In this document: positions 23,201-32,621 of the stretch, piece after piece
Layout: every line of letters begins with the position of its first letter
Numbering within the stretch: the first letter of the stretch is position 1
Source: a virus
Length of the DNA: 64,000 bases
IMG/VR virus record: IMGVR_UViG_3300035670_000164
Coordinates: 6,356 to 70,355 of that record
Reading direction: 5' to 3' (one strand)
The notes under the pieces: generated by a model
Databases searched by the model: none
What the model was told of the DNA's origin: nothing
What the model saw: the letters and a program-made list of their open reading frames with translations, nothing else
Made by a program: the position numbers and the translations under genes

Positions 23201-26200
23201 AACTCTTACATTTGATCCTAAGGATGAAAATAATTTCTTATTTAAGATAGCTGTATTAGCTTCATTTGGAGAAAAAGTTCATAAGAAAAATATTAATCAA
23301 TTAGATACCTTATTTGAAGAACGTATTAATTCAAACCAAGATATGTATGAATTATATAAATCTTCTAATGGTTTTAAAGAATTAACTTCTGAACAACAAA
23401 AAACTCTTAGAAATAGAATATATACATTAGGTGAAGGTTATCACTCATTAGCTGGATTAACTGAGTTAATGGCTTATATGCAAGCTAAAGAAAATAATGA
23501 TAAATCTTTTTCTACTACTTTATTAAGAGAAGATGATGGTATAACCAATGGACCATTTATAGGATATTTATTGTATGGAGATTTTGATGGTTCAGAAGAT
23601 AATCAAAAATCATTAAATAGCTTTGCAGTATCTACTACAAACCATAATTTTACTTATAGTGACTTTGCTAATAATAGTGGATTAGATTCTTATGAATTAG
23701 TTAAAGATGAAATTCTTAATGATACAAGTATAAAGAATGCTGATAAATCATTACTTAATTTATTAGGTAATATAAATAGAAACTTTACAAAGAATCCAGT
23801 AACTAAAAATATTTTTGGAGCAAATATAAATAATATTGCTAAAGCAATAGGAGATCATTCAATTTATGGAAATGCTTTTTATGATGGTTTATATGATTTC
23901 ATTCAAAAGAAAGTTAATGAAATTATTAATACATCTGATCAAAAAATTAAAAAGGAATTAGTTAATGAAATTCAAGATAAAATACAGCATATAGATAATG
24001 TTTTACATACTAAATATGTAGAACAATTATTTATTAACGAACCAATTTCAAACTTAAAAGAAAATTTAAAAAAATTTAAATTAACTAAATGGCAAGAAAA
24101 AAGATTAAGTAGAGATATACAAGAACTTATTACTAAACCCTTAGAAAATGCTGTAATTAAGTATTGGGGTTCTGTAATGGAAAATAGACAAGAATTTAAT
24201 AATGTCTATGCCATAGGAAATGCTGTAGCTAACAAACTTTTAAAAGAAAAAATAAATGATATTGTAGAATCTAAATTTCAAGAAATGGAATCTAAAGGTT
24301 TACTTAATTCTTCTTTTATTGTACTTACTAAAGCTGATTTAGCTAAAGTTATGGAAGAATTAAAAGATATTCTTCCTCACATGGAGATACCTAATTTTGA
24401 TAAAACTTCTCACAAGGTGTACTTTTGGGATACAGAGAAAACACCTAAATACAATAATAAATTTTATATTGCTCAAGTAAAATTTAAAGAAAATAAAGAC
24501 AAATCGTTTACAGCTTATTATAAAAATTCAAGTGGACAAATTACAAAATTTAATATAAATAAAAATATTAAATCTCATGCAGCTACAATTTCATCTTTAA
24601 TATTAGATGATATTAGTGTAAGAGTACCAATTGGGTCTATTCATAATTCAGACAGTATCCCTATAAAAGATATTATGGCTAGTATGTATAAAGCATTATT
24701 AGTTCATGATGGGCAAAATTCCCCATTTACAGATACAGATGAAATCTCTTATGAAATGAATAAATCTATGTTTAATCATATTCAGAGATTTAATCCATAT
24801 AATTCATTACTTAAATATATTGATGAAATAAATAAATATTTAGATAATTCAATGGATGTAGCTATAACTGCACCTGGAACATTAAAAGATGACGTATTAC
24901 AAGATAGAACTGATCCGAAGAATATAATTAATATGTCTGCATCAGAGAAATTAACTAAAGTAACTACTTGGGCAAAAGAAAAAGCTATTGCTAAAGATAA
25001 TAGCATATCTCAAATTAAAGCATTAGGTAATTATGGTGGTAATTTTCCTTTTAAACCTAAAGTAGCTGAATATGTTAAAACTCATTTAAATGATTCTATT
25101 CAAGACTTTATTAAAGAAGAATTTGGTGATAATGAAAATACTATTTCAATATTAACAGAAGAATTTACTAATAGATATTTGCAGCCTAGACAAAATACTG
25201 TTGATATGGTTGTTAATGAATTAGGTAATATTACTAAAAAAGAATTAAATGAAAAAATAAGTAATATCGAAAAAAGTATTACTACTATTTTAAATACAGA
25301 AGAAGAAGAAAATTCTAAACCTACTCAAGATTCAAATCAAGAATCTAATATATTTTCAGTTAAAAATCTTTTTACAGTTAATCCAATACAAAAAGCAGAT
25401 ACTAAGGCAATTAGTAAAGCCAGTATTGCTACACAATTTATTGGATATGGTTCTGGTATTCCAAACTCTTCTACTGAATTATATAGACAACAAGCAGGGC
25501 AATATGCTAATACAGGAAAATATTCATCTAATGATGTAATTTTTGTTTCAGTACCAGGTAAAAGAGGAAATGAAAACATAAGACATAAACAACAATCTCT
25601 TACCATTAAAGAAGCAGAAAAAGCATTATTAGCAGGAGCTACTTTATTAACTGATAATAAAGAATATACTGAAAAATCTAACTATAATGAAGGCGAAAAG
25701 AGATTACTTAAATACTTTACAAATAAAGGATATTTTTATTCAGAAATTAATATAAATAACGAAAAAATAGGTGTATGGAATTTAAACCAAGAATCTAATA
25801 AAAATACTTTTGGTTCTATACCAGGTAGTTCTGTATTTACTGGTACACCTACAGAATTAAATTCAAGTAATGTAGAATCCACATTAAATGAATTAATAGC
25901 TAATGATGATAATCCAGATACACTTAAATTTACTCAAGTACAAGATACTCCAGAACATCAATCTTATTTAAAAGATTTAATGAAGAATCTTGTATCTAAA
26001 GTGATTAAACCATTAGAGTATTATTACAATGTAGATGGTGATTTAACTCATGGTTTCTTTAATATGAATGCTCCAGATAAGCTTAAAGTAGCTGTAACAA
26101 TTGCTAATAAAGTAAACCATTCATATTCTGGTATTCGTATGACTGGAGCTACTACTTATGCTCATGAGTTATTACATGCTGTTACAGGTATAGCTTTAAC

Positions 26201-29200
26201 TGATCCTAATAACTTTCATTTATATAGAGAAGTAGTAAAACTCTTTAATCATGTAAAAGCTAATCTTACTCCAGAACAATTAGCTAAATATGAATATGTA
26301 TTCTTAAATGATGAAAATGAAAGAAAGACTTATACAGATACTAAAGGTCTTTCTCATGAACATATTTATAATCATGGAATATTAGAATTTATTGCTTATG
26401 CTAAATCTGAACCAGAATTAATAAAAATAATTGATTCTATTCCAGATATGAAAATAGAGAGATTTAAAGACTTACCATTAGGTCACATGGTTACTGATCT
26501 TATCAATAGAGTGTTTGATTGGTTTGAGAAAGCTATACTTCATAAAGGTACTTCTACTAAAGCTAGAATAGATGCTATTACTATTACATTGGCTTATGCT
26601 CATGAAAAACGTAAACCAAGTATTATTTCTAAAATACAAATACCACAAGAATGGAATGAGGAAGTAAATAAATTAAGAGATAAAGTAATAATAGAACCTT
26701 TAAAAGATTTAAATAAACTTATTAATAAAAAGACTTCTAACTCTTTTGTTAAAGATGTAACTTCTACAATTGATAATATGACTCATTTAAAGTGGAAAGA
26801 AATTAATACTTGGATTAGAACTATGACAGGTATTAAAAACCAACTAAATGATGATTTAGTTAAATCAGTTATATCTGAAATAGCTGGCAATACCCCTGAT
26901 ACAAATAAATTTCATAAACAAGTATCTATTAGAGCTATTCTTAGAGACCATGTAGTTAATAAAATATTAGAAGTAGTATCTCAATTTCTCAATAATCAAA
27001 CTTCACGAAAGCTTACTAAACAAGAGAAGAAAGCTCTTACTAAAGTAGGTATTAAAGGTAGTCTATCAGATTTAAATATGTCTTTAGATCAATTCAATAC
27101 TCTTCTTACTAATGATGAAGCATTACAAGATGAGATTAGAAATACTAAAGATATGTTAGTTGGTTCTCAGTATCAAAGATATTGGAATAACCAAGCTAGA
27201 AATTTAGCTTCATATATGATTAATAATACCTTTATAAAAGGGGAAGAAATTAATGCACATAATGTACATCTAATTGTAAATAATCTTAAATGGTATGATT
27301 CTAAAGCAGATATTCCAGATAATATTATTGAAGTATTAACTAAATTAAGTAGACTGTATACTATTACTTTTATGGATAAAGAAGATAAAGCTTCTTTTAG
27401 TAAATTAATCCAAGAAGAACCTAATGTAGTACAAGCTACCCTTGATGGACATGCTTTATACAAAAAGGATTATTTAGAAAGAATACTTAAAGATAATAGT
27501 TTATTAGTTATGGATGGTACTATTCATGAAGCTATTAATCCAAGTACAGTATTAACTATTGCTTCTATGAAAGAGGGTAAAGAATTAGTTAAACAGGGTT
27601 ATTATGATAATCCAATTAAATTAAAGAAAAGTCCTGCTGATAATACAGATTCAGAATTATATATTTGGTTTGCTGATAGTAAGATGTTGCAAACATATCA
27701 ACAATCTGGTACTTCATTTACTGAGTTACAAGATTCTCTTTCTAATTTTATGTCTGGATATACTTCATCAGAAGGTACTAAGAATATAATGAGTAAACTT
27801 GGTTCATCTGCTGTACCTAGAAATGCTATGAGACAAGCTATAACTAATTCTATTGCTAGAACTAATAGAAATAATCCAGAAGAACAAGCTTCGTTTACTC
27901 CTAAGTATAATCATGCTGGAAGAATGGTAGGATTTACTTATTTACTTAATGAAAAAGTAAAAGATAAATATCTTGAAAGAGCTATGGATTATGATTATGT
28001 ATTAAGTTCTATGATGGCTAATATAGAAGATCAATTAGCTTCTAAACCAATTAATGAAAAGATGGTAGATGCTTTACTTTTAGATAAAAAAGAGTTTGCT
28101 AGGTATCCTAAATTATTTGTAGAGATTGGTCCTAATTCCAAAAAGAAAGAACATCAAGATATTTGGTTTAGATTACCTACAGCTACTAGAGAATACATTA
28201 AAGAGAAAACTGGGCAAGAGTTTATATCAGTTCGTAAAGAAGTATTAGATACAGTATTTGGATATAGACAATTATCTATTACTAACTGGATTAGACCTTA
28301 TACAGTAGATGAATTGAAGAACCATAAACACATTAAACAATTAGGTGAATGGATATTTAATCATTTAGGTCCTAATAATCCTATTATGAATATGCGTAAT
28401 CTTCGTAAATTTGAAGCTGGTTGGCAAGAAGCTATTAAGATGGCTAAAGATACAATTGTAATTAAATTACCAAAAACTCTTATTGCTAATGAAGTAAGTA
28501 ACTCAGCTACTCTTTTAACTAGAAGTATTCCTTTTAATTTTATTTCTAAAGAGAAATCAGAAGTATTTAAAAATATGTCTTTATATTTTAAGACTACTAA
28601 AGAGATTTCTGAACTAGAATACATGATTCAAGTTAAACCAAGTTTAAATACTAAAGAGAGTCAAGTAAAGTTAGATCAACTAAAGACTTTACAAAACATG
28701 AATCCAGTTCATGAATTAATTGAAGAGGGTAAATTTCAAACTATTGTAGAAGATATTACTGCTAATGAAGGATTATGGAATTGGAAAAGTAAATATGAAG
28801 ATAAACTTATAGCTATGGGTGAAAAACTACCTAAAGTAGTTAAAGAGACAGGTAAATTTATAGCATTAACTCATGATACTAAAATGTATAAATTCTTACA
28901 TAATGCCACTATGATGAGTGATTTATCTGCTAGATATGTATTGCATAAATGGAATATGCAGAATGGTATGAGTAAAGAAGAATCTTTACAAGATATTACA
29001 GAAGCTTTTGTAAATTATGAAATACCTACCCATAGATTTATTGAGTATGGTAATGAAATGGGATTCTTAATGTTTACTAAGTATTTCTTTAGAATACTTA
29101 AACCAATGGCTAAAGAAACACTAAAGAATCCAGTAAATGTATTAGCATTAAACTTACTACAAATGTTCTATACATTTGAAAATATTCATAATATTGATAT

Positions 29201-29288
29201 TACAGATTTCTTTAATAAAGTTAATAATCCTTTTGGTTCTGTATTTAGTATTATTGATGCTAATCCTTTTTATGATGCAATGAAATAA
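17208..29288 (+). CDS. virion-encapsidated RNA polymerase (N4 gp50-like polyvalent protein)
   Basis: 4026 aa; motif A REDDGITNGP, motif B RNFTKNPVTKNIFG, motif C LVHDGQN; C-terminal FVNYE...GFLMFTKYFFRI. Confidence 0.95.
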   Translation: MAYINGYVNGYNNDTNTEELDNLFQNSLVEDKKKSLLDSVLAKRTELGFSTADVTGRFVEALDADTVKIHPSQRDYIENPNAQPFSVRLKSNSPIESYNSYELNHGNESDPKVAARLAKQRQAIEDDEILKGWFNPATNEDVYARGEKAKKLLQDKLNLVNQGKSTLSMALTGKQDKFKRELGDIKFNNELPISDQLNTPELNSSYNSQFNIGKRTRAGDNLEGMATDFLGTVASRFPTVMSNIGVGTVDTITGLQQYGYNKLGDLVGGDSGEVLKKIGNIAREPSNILHGRTHYLDDYINSLNISDAAKDTFKALKYDPNELDKITANLYESEALKQSRRDYEEIASKPEELRKALGHKANTLSEHLSDLGEDMFAVGEGFINHPRSMLTSDLPANLPQLLLPMGITGKAAESIAMKAAAKVGGIENGIITNAGKKAIAEEFANKATQDKLIALGALTEGTQAASSIVNQAEDAGRKFEDYALPAIAGGAITGLIGGASNKIFGTNAADMIRGVRGNSSIAKAIATEGFAEELPQSTNEAFATNYALGQDLWKDVGRQAAEGAILGGLIGGGMESPKATAESLRGLARKALTSNQSNQSPENASNQSEAFSNDLEHVSETIPNEDNNFELPEEAIDYYGIDPDKHKVAHDLVSDEQALKDRLTDIESKNNLMEEVDSLSIGTVGKKALIGLKAISDKFANDYVVSDEFSDPYIAQTTGLNTALLSEQDTHIAKRLADNNTDSLVADITSLNESLVEPRDDEDQVNEVVKLNKQLLSKFTESNLDTLSDVKTQELIKENLNRLRTIQEGNIPVITEDTSIEELGNILQNNLGSIKLTPAEEAIVSKKQAELASKPDKTKEEDQLLKRYELYKGTQQQLKSILKTGEEVNNEVINGGGNKLGANQWVDLIDANLQSNRPDLAKAALDTFTNWANYHAEKANQLSVVTRMLQSDKYKNLSMDELYAKAHKDKFDPLYQEFNKLNAIQAHGNSIEIDGEQDWRTTTGVNYQLVRKPSDTSSADMIGRFSNLTSQVNTESEYLNNRIAEANLKINGSTKPTKTKVNKKPRVYNLALDNLAKNFERRKGNEATKAQVSKNRKEAENAARKEKQEQEERKKNPIPESPPVKDDDKTRDMFSENEEEFNIVYEQNEKYQELKKLLFTKDITLYNVLLFISNNSNRLGKLAKHLLEIIPKDLKFIVNESKEDLGFGGTYINNNKTIYINPNIDFYTKDKNAFTKIMGTIIHETLHAITEDKIDSNPKIQDQLRAILNKLEEHAKDGWIIRTIGGKRYEYNTAWISNYPPITDIHEIITHGFTNYHLNMILNDIEGIGKVSLWDKFISAVSQLLGFSPKENSLLSNLIETYLEIVNEEVSSNEDQKEDIKEDTSDKDEKLSKLQKDIINLRNKIKDNYSDTRKEIQNNINELNSEIEELKNKIEELENNSTKDNDTFGSIKKNKKIGDRGTGEFVPTKATNEQLILTYNYQIDKLNEKLDKLNKKLDKLNEYHEENKKTLLSKYKEVQQLDSTVFDKIIFPSLLKDNNYNTATIEESGLELNEVQQQKLFVKENPIDKFDKDDSLISKAVQLTNKEFLTNIVSLGKSTLLNKYKNVIKNWYKIPELSNKLQTEEELYSLEIIQNFQEDFRKAFLNKIKLNNPFHDSIGYVLQENGTTPNENVIAAMALSSLAYLVQNTKSVYNTHDMIRSIFGKDEEFNVTDEMVELFSSVGKVLNHETPTLGSNIANLLGFKRKDEHKGKLLEAALGNMAFQTLIDMGLLNLHFIPENVMKAVSKEEEIPSQTKPDASNAHSFIKSGTYFISPSSQINDEGYPKVSDEIQEYIDAVKATKDILEDTLELDFFSSTFSTKEFTKEKVDKLLGNKWKNTFTDYTNSEKEVLLKYSNTKYTNQTRLAKLDLEENILKEIGLGYNLDTFILDVNEKSHKGSLIQVTRNIEEVNQAKKALRDVDGLYFFNELVKSGREQMTGGGQSNKYIRWFLVPEGSERTLTFDPKDENNFLFKIAVLASFGEKVHKKNINQLDTLFEERINSNQDMYELYKSSNGFKELTSEQQKTLRNRIYTLGEGYHSLAGLTELMAYMQAKENNDKSFSTTLLREDDGITNGPFIGYLLYGDFDGSEDNQKSLNSFAVSTTNHNFTYSDFANNSGLDSYELVKDEILNDTSIKNADKSLLNLLGNINRNFTKNPVTKNIFGANINNIAKAIGDHSIYGNAFYDGLYDFIQKKVNEIINTSDQKIKKELVNEIQDKIQHIDNVLHTKYVEQLFINEPISNLKENLKKFKLTKWQEKRLSRDIQELITKPLENAVIKYWGSVMENRQEFNNVYAIGNAVANKLLKEKINDIVESKFQEMESKGLLNSSFIVLTKADLAKVMEELKDILPHMEIPNFDKTSHKVYFWDTEKTPKYNNKFYIAQVKFKENKDKSFTAYYKNSSGQITKFNINKNIKSHAATISSLILDDISVRVPIGSIHNSDSIPIKDIMASMYKALLVHDGQNSPFTDTDEISYEMNKSMFNHIQRFNPYNSLLKYIDEINKYLDNSMDVAITAPGTLKDDVLQDRTDPKNIINMSASEKLTKVTTWAKEKAIAKDNSISQIKALGNYGGNFPFKPKVAEYVKTHLNDSIQDFIKEEFGDNENTISILTEEFTNRYLQPRQNTVDMVVNELGNITKKELNEKISNIEKSITTILNTEEEENSKPTQDSNQESNIFSVKNLFTVNPIQKADTKAISKASIATQFIGYGSGIPNSSTELYRQQAGQYANTGKYSSNDVIFVSVPGKRGNENIRHKQQSLTIKEAEKALLAGATLLTDNKEYTEKSNYNEGEKRLLKYFTNKGYFYSEININNEKIGVWNLNQESNKNTFGSIPGSSVFTGTPTELNSSNVESTLNELIANDDNPDTLKFTQVQDTPEHQSYLKDLMKNLVSKVIKPLEYYYNVDGDLTHGFFNMNAPDKLKVAVTIANKVNHSYSGIRMTGATTYAHELLHAVTGIALTDPNNFHLYREVVKLFNHVKANLTPEQLAKYEYVFLNDENERKTYTDTKGLSHEHIYNHGILEFIAYAKSEPELIKIIDSIPDMKIERFKDLPLGHMVTDLINRVFDWFEKAILHKGTSTKARIDAITITLAYAHEKRKPSIISKIQIPQEWNEEVNKLRDKVIIEPLKDLNKLINKKTSNSFVKDVTSTIDNMTHLKWKEINTWIRTMTGIKNQLNDDLVKSVISEIAGNTPDTNKFHKQVSIRAILRDHVVNKILEVVSQFLNNQTSRKLTKQEKKALTKVGIKGSLSDLNMSLDQFNTLLTNDEALQDEIRNTKDMLVGSQYQRYWNNQARNLASYMINNTFIKGEEINAHNVHLIVNNLKWYDSKADIPDNIIEVLTKLSRLYTITFMDKEDKASFSKLIQEEPNVVQATLDGHALYKKDYLERILKDNSLLVMDGTIHEAINPSTVLTIASMKEGKELVKQGYYDNPIKLKKSPADNTDSELYIWFADSKMLQTYQQSGTSFTELQDSLSNFMSGYTSSEGTKNIMSKLGSSAVPRNAMRQAITNSIARTNRNNPEEQASFTPKYNHAGRMVGFTYLLNEKVKDKYLERAMDYDYVLSSMMANIEDQLASKPINEKMVDALLLDKKEFARYPKLFVEIGPNSKKKEHQDIWFRLPTATREYIKEKTGQEFISVRKEVLDTVFGYRQLSITNWIRPYTVDELKNHKHIKQLGEWIFNHLGPNNPIMNMRNLRKFEAGWQEAIKMAKDTIVIKLPKTLIANEVSNSATLLTRSIPFNFISKEKSEVFKNMSLYFKTTKEISELEYMIQVKPSLNTKESQVKLDQLKTLQNMNPVHELIEEGKFQTIVEDITANEGLWNWKSKYEDKLIAMGEKLPKVVKETGKFIALTHDTKMYKFLHNATMMSDLSARYVLHKWNMQNGMSKEESLQDITEAFVNYEIPTHRFIEYGNEMGFLMFTKYFFRILKPMAKETLKNPVNVLALNLLQMFYTFENIHNIDITDFFNKVNNPFGSVFSIIDANPFYDAMK

Positions 29289-29411
29289 TTAACCTTTACT
29301 ACATTCACTTGGATTAGAAGAAAATTGGCTACAAGGATTAGTAGCCATAACTTCTATATTAATCCAAAAGCAAAATAGTATTACAATTAAAAATATTAGA
29401 AATTCTTTCAT
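29289..29411 (-). CDS. small membrane/secreted peptide (40 aa)
   Basis: MKEFLIFLIVILFCFWINIEVMATNPCSQF...; translated by hand; overlaps the upstream ORF's stop. Confidence 0.45.
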   Translation of the reverse strand: MKEFLIFLIVILFCFWINIEVMATNPCSQFSSNPSECSKG

Positions 29412-29578
29412 AAAAAGTTCTCATAATTATATGTTTCAAAATTATCTAAGTTTAATTCTTGAATGTTAGCTCCATATCTAAATGTACTTTTATTAATCCA
29501 AGATTCTGCTAATTCTCTAGTAGAAAATATTCCTACTAAAGCAATATCTCCATCATATACTGCATATATTATTCTCAT
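29408..29578 (-). CDS. hypothetical protein (56 aa)
   Basis: MRIIYAVYDGDIALVGIFSTRELAE...; ATGA overlaps on both sides. Confidence 0.55.
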   Translation of the reverse strand: MRIIYAVYDGDIALVGIFSTRELAESWINKSTFRYGANIQELNLDNFETYNYENFL

Positions 29579-29838
29579 CTTCTTTGTTCCTCTAGTATTT
29601 CTTTAAATACTGCTTCTACTTCAACTATTCTTGGTATATCTAATCCTTTTAAATATCTATCTTCATAATACTTTGGATCAATACCAATACGTCTACAAGC
29701 TTCAATACCATTTTCAATATTACTTCTACTTCTCATTGGATACTGTTCCATAAGAAATATTACATAAGCAAACTCAAATCTATTTATAGCTTCATCTTGT
29801 GTTAGTACTTTAATACTACTTGCACTGTAAGTATCCAT
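29575..29838 (-). CDS. hypothetical protein
   Basis: 87-aa ORF within the operon. Confidence 0.6.
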   Translation of the reverse strand: MDTYSASSIKVLTQDEAINRFEFAYVIFLMEQYPMRSRSNIENGIEACRRIGIDPKYYEDRYLKGLDIPRIVEVEAVFKEILEEQRR

Positions 29839-29912
29839 TAAATATGCCTATAATTCTTACGAGAATGCCCTACATTGAACGAAACAATGTAAGGCATACA
29901 TTTAAGTGTATT

Positions 29913-30092
29913 TTACTTATTCCCTTCTTCTGAGGAATCCTCATCAGTTTGAATAATATAGAACATACAACTAAAAATAAATAAACCCAGGACTAATGTA
30001 ATAGCTACTCCAAATATGTAAATACATATTAAAAATGCTAATAATAGTCCTGCATAAAAAATAGATTTTAAGCCAGTAAGGAATTTATTCAT
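29913..30092 (-). CDS. small membrane protein (59 aa)
   Basis: MNKFLTGLKSIFYAGLLLAFLICIYIFGVAITLVLGLFIFSCMFYIIQ...; long hydrophobic stretch. Confidence 0.55.
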   Translation of the reverse strand: MNKFLTGLKSIFYAGLLLAFLICIYIFGVAITLVLGLFIFSCMFYIIQTDEDSSEEGNK

Positions 30093-30397
30093 TAACCAAA
30101 TAACTCATCATCATCTTCTGGTTCAATATCTTCTACTTCTTCTTCATCTAAAGAAGTTTCTTCTACTTCTTTTTCCTCTTTTGGTAGAATACTCGCATCT
30201 ATTAGAGGTTTAATTTGCTCTTTAATAGATAAATCTTCTGGTTTTAAGTCAATAGTTGCATAAGTACCATTATCTTTTCTACCTGCAATGATATTAACTG
30301 TAGCAGTCATACCATCAAATTTAACACCATGTTTAGAGGCGTACTCAATTATTGCTTGTTCTACTTCTTGTTCGTTTAAAGTTACTGTCTGCTGCAT
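30092..30397 (-). CDS. conserved N4-like protein with acidic tail
   Basis: TLNEQEVEQAIIEY...AGRKDNG motif; located downstream of SSB. Confidence 0.6.
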   Translation of the reverse strand: MQQTVTLNEQEVEQAIIEYASKHGVKFDGMTATVNIIAGRKDNGTYATIDLKPEDLSIKEQIKPLIDASILPKEEKEVEETSLDEEEVEDIEPEDDDELFG

Positions 30398-30582
30398 TAT
30401 TTAGATTCCTCTGTTAAAAATTTACCTGTATTACAAAAATGTACTAAAGATTTCAATTTCCATTTTTCATGAAAATTAAAATGATCTACTGTACGGTCTA
30501 ATAGTCTATCTACTATTATTTCTTTTTCTTTTGAACTTAAATAATCATTTTCTGGTAAAGTTACTTTATAATCTATTTGCAT
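30397..30582 (-). CDS. hypothetical protein
   Basis: Overlapping operonic ORF. Confidence 0.5.
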   Translation of the reverse strand: MQIDYKVTLPENDYLSSKEKEIIVDRLLDRTVDHFNFHEKWKLKSLVHFCNTGKFLTEESK

Positions 30583-30956
30583 ATTTCCTCTATTATTATT
30601 TCACACCTTGGTTTAAGTTTATCAATATCCCCAAATCTAAATGTAACTTCTGGAATAAAATTATAATTATCATCTTCTAAGATATTTAATTCTACAAGAG
30701 TATCTTCAAAGAATTTACTTATAACTGATCCATAATTACTTATATCTCTATCTCTTTTATCTTTAAAGAAAAAAGTATAAGTAAGTTTGCATTTAGATAT
30801 TAGAGGTAATTGAATTAATTGAGATTTAACTTCATTCTTGAAATTAATCTTTGCTTGGTTTAATAAATGGTAATGAAGATTTCTAAATATATTAAGTGAT
30901 AAAGAAATCTTCTTTTTACCCACTTGGATTTGAAGTGGTACTATTATTTTAATCAT
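30573..30956 (-). CDS. RusA-like Holliday junction resolvase
   Basis: RDRDISNY....KFFEDTLVE..ILEDDN...PRCEIII. Confidence 0.8.
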   Translation of the reverse strand: MIKIIVPLQIQVGKKKISLSLNIFRNLHYHLLNQAKINFKNEVKSQLIQLPLISKCKLTYTFFFKDKRDRDISNYGSVISKFFEDTLVELNILEDDNYNFIPEVTFRFGDIDKLKPRCEIIIEEICK

Positions 30957-31158
30957 CTATTAATACATCAGTTATTATATTAACTTCTTTAATAACTAAT
31001 GTTTCATAATGCCTAAGATAATGAAATTTTTCTAACATATCTTGCATAAAAAGTTCAGGACTGTAATCTAATTCATCTTGTAGTCCTGAATTTTGAATAG
31101 CTAAAATTACATCATAATTACCATCTTCACGTTCTCTACATAAACATTTAAATGACAT
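30949..31158 (-). CDS. hypothetical protein
   Basis: Operonic ORF. Confidence 0.5.
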   Translation of the reverse strand: MSFKCLCREREDGNYDVILAIQNSGLQDELDYSPELFMQDMLEKFHYLRHYETLVIKEVNIITDVLIDD

Positions 31159-31886
31159 TATGCAAATGGATCAAGATTGTTAGAAGAATTTGTAGATGTA
31201 GTAGAACTACCAGCTACAGGTTTATAACGGTCAATTAATTGTCCTTCATATTTTTCTAACCAAGCAGTAGCATATTCTGGAGTAGATACTTTAGTTTCTA
31301 CTTCTTTAGCAGTTAATCTACCTGGATGATAGACTTTATGAATTTCATTAATAACCTGTTCTTCTGGACCATCAATCCAAATACCTTGAGAGTTTTGTAC
31401 TTGTTTATTAACTTTACATTCTTGAATACCTAAAATAATTTTTGCTGATGGTGCAACTAAATCCATTAACATATCTACTTCTGTAAGAACATCAATTTTT
31501 TGACTAAAGTCTCTAATTTTAATTTTCTTTTTAGCTACAGATTTATATACTTCTTCTAAAGATTTCCCTACAGATGCTTGACAAATTGAATTGACTTCTA
31601 AATATCCAGGTAATGCTACTTTCTTACCAGCATTATTTCCAGATTTACCAATATAAAATGTTTCACCTTTTTTATTAGTAATATAAATTGTTTGTCTTAA
31701 AGATTTTCCATCTTTAGTTTCAAAAGTAAAATTTACTGCTGTTGCTCCACCTTTAGATTGTGATAGATATGCAAGTTTAATAACCATATCATAGATTCCA
31801 GTATCTAAAGTATATTTACCAGAACCTATTCTATCTTGTTCTTGTTCTACTACTACATCATTATCTAATTTTAAATTTAATTCCAT
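31158..31886 (-). CDS. single-stranded DNA-binding protein (N4 gp45-like)
   Basis: LDTGIYDMVIKLAYL.QSKGGA; LRQTIYIT; LPGY; synteny. Confidence 0.85.
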   Translation of the reverse strand: MELNLKLDNDVVVEQEQDRIGSGKYTLDTGIYDMVIKLAYLSQSKGGATAVNFTFETKDGKSLRQTIYITNKKGETFYIGKSGNNAGKKVALPGYLEVNSICQASVGKSLEEVYKSVAKKKIKIRDFSQKIDVLTEVDMLMDLVAPSAKIILGIQECKVNKQVQNSQGIWIDGPEEQVINEIHKVYHPGRLTAKEVETKVSTPEYATAWLEKYEGQLIDRYKPVAGSSTTSTNSSNNLDPFA

Positions 31887-31895
31887 AATTTCCTC

Positions 31896-32621
31896 TTAAC
31901 TGTTTGTATAATATTGATTGATTCTATCTAAAACTAATTGAACGTCATTATTTATAAAAGTTTCATTGGTTTTCCACAGACCAATATGGCTTCTAATTCT
32001 TTCATTGACTGTATCTTTAGTTAATTTAGTTTGAAATACATATTTATATCCAAGTATTTCATCTTCTTCTGTAATATCAAGCAATTGGTTTGTATATGAA
32101 GCCAATTTAGTTAATGGTAATTTCTTTGCACTAATAACTGTATTAAAGTAACTTTCTAAACCAACTCCTTTAAGTGAACCTTTGACTGTAGCTTGAGTTT
32201 CTGTAACCATTTCTGATTCATTCATTGAATCCATTGTATGGGTAAGAAATACAATATTCTTTTCAGATAAAGCTACAGATTGATTCATAAGTTTTTTAAA
32301 ATACTGTGCATAATCTGACCATGCACTCATTTTATTTGCTGCTGTTAATACATAATTGCTTTCAAACATTTCCATAAGAAAGCTTAGTGAATCAATAACA
32401 ATTGTATGTATATCTTCTCTTTTAGACCAAGCTTCTATTCCAGTTGGAACAGTCAATGGATCAGTAACTATTCGTTCATGAAATTTATGTAGAAAGCTTG
32501 TTGCTTTTCCTGCTTCACAATTTAAATATAATACTCCTTCTGGATTTCTTATATTTCTAAGTGAAGTAGTTTTACCACAACTACTCTTTCCACCTATTAA
32601 AATAACATTATTTTTTTGCAT
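31896..32621 (-). CDS. Sak4-like AAA ATPase / ssDNA annealing protein (N4 gp44-like)
   Basis: Walker A GKSSCGKT; YLNCEAGK; IVIDSL. Confidence 0.88.
   Translation of the reverse strand: MQKNNVILIGGKSSCGKTTSLRNIRNPEGVLYLNCEAGKATSFLHKFHERIVTDPLTVPTGIEAWSKREDIHTIVIDSLSFLMEMFESNYVLTAANKMSAWSDYAQYFKKLMNQSVALSEKNIVFLTHTMDSMNESEMVTETQATVKGSLKGVGLESYFNTVISAKKLPLTKLASYTNQLLDITEEDEILGYKYVFQTKLTKDTVNERIRSHIGLWKTNETFINNDVQLVLDRINQYYTNS

Noticed and set aside
5876-28624. Short - strand ORFs inside the portal, scaffold, gp55-like and vRNAP genes
   Set aside because: Antisense shadows of long, well-supported + strand genes; no RBS or motifs noticed.
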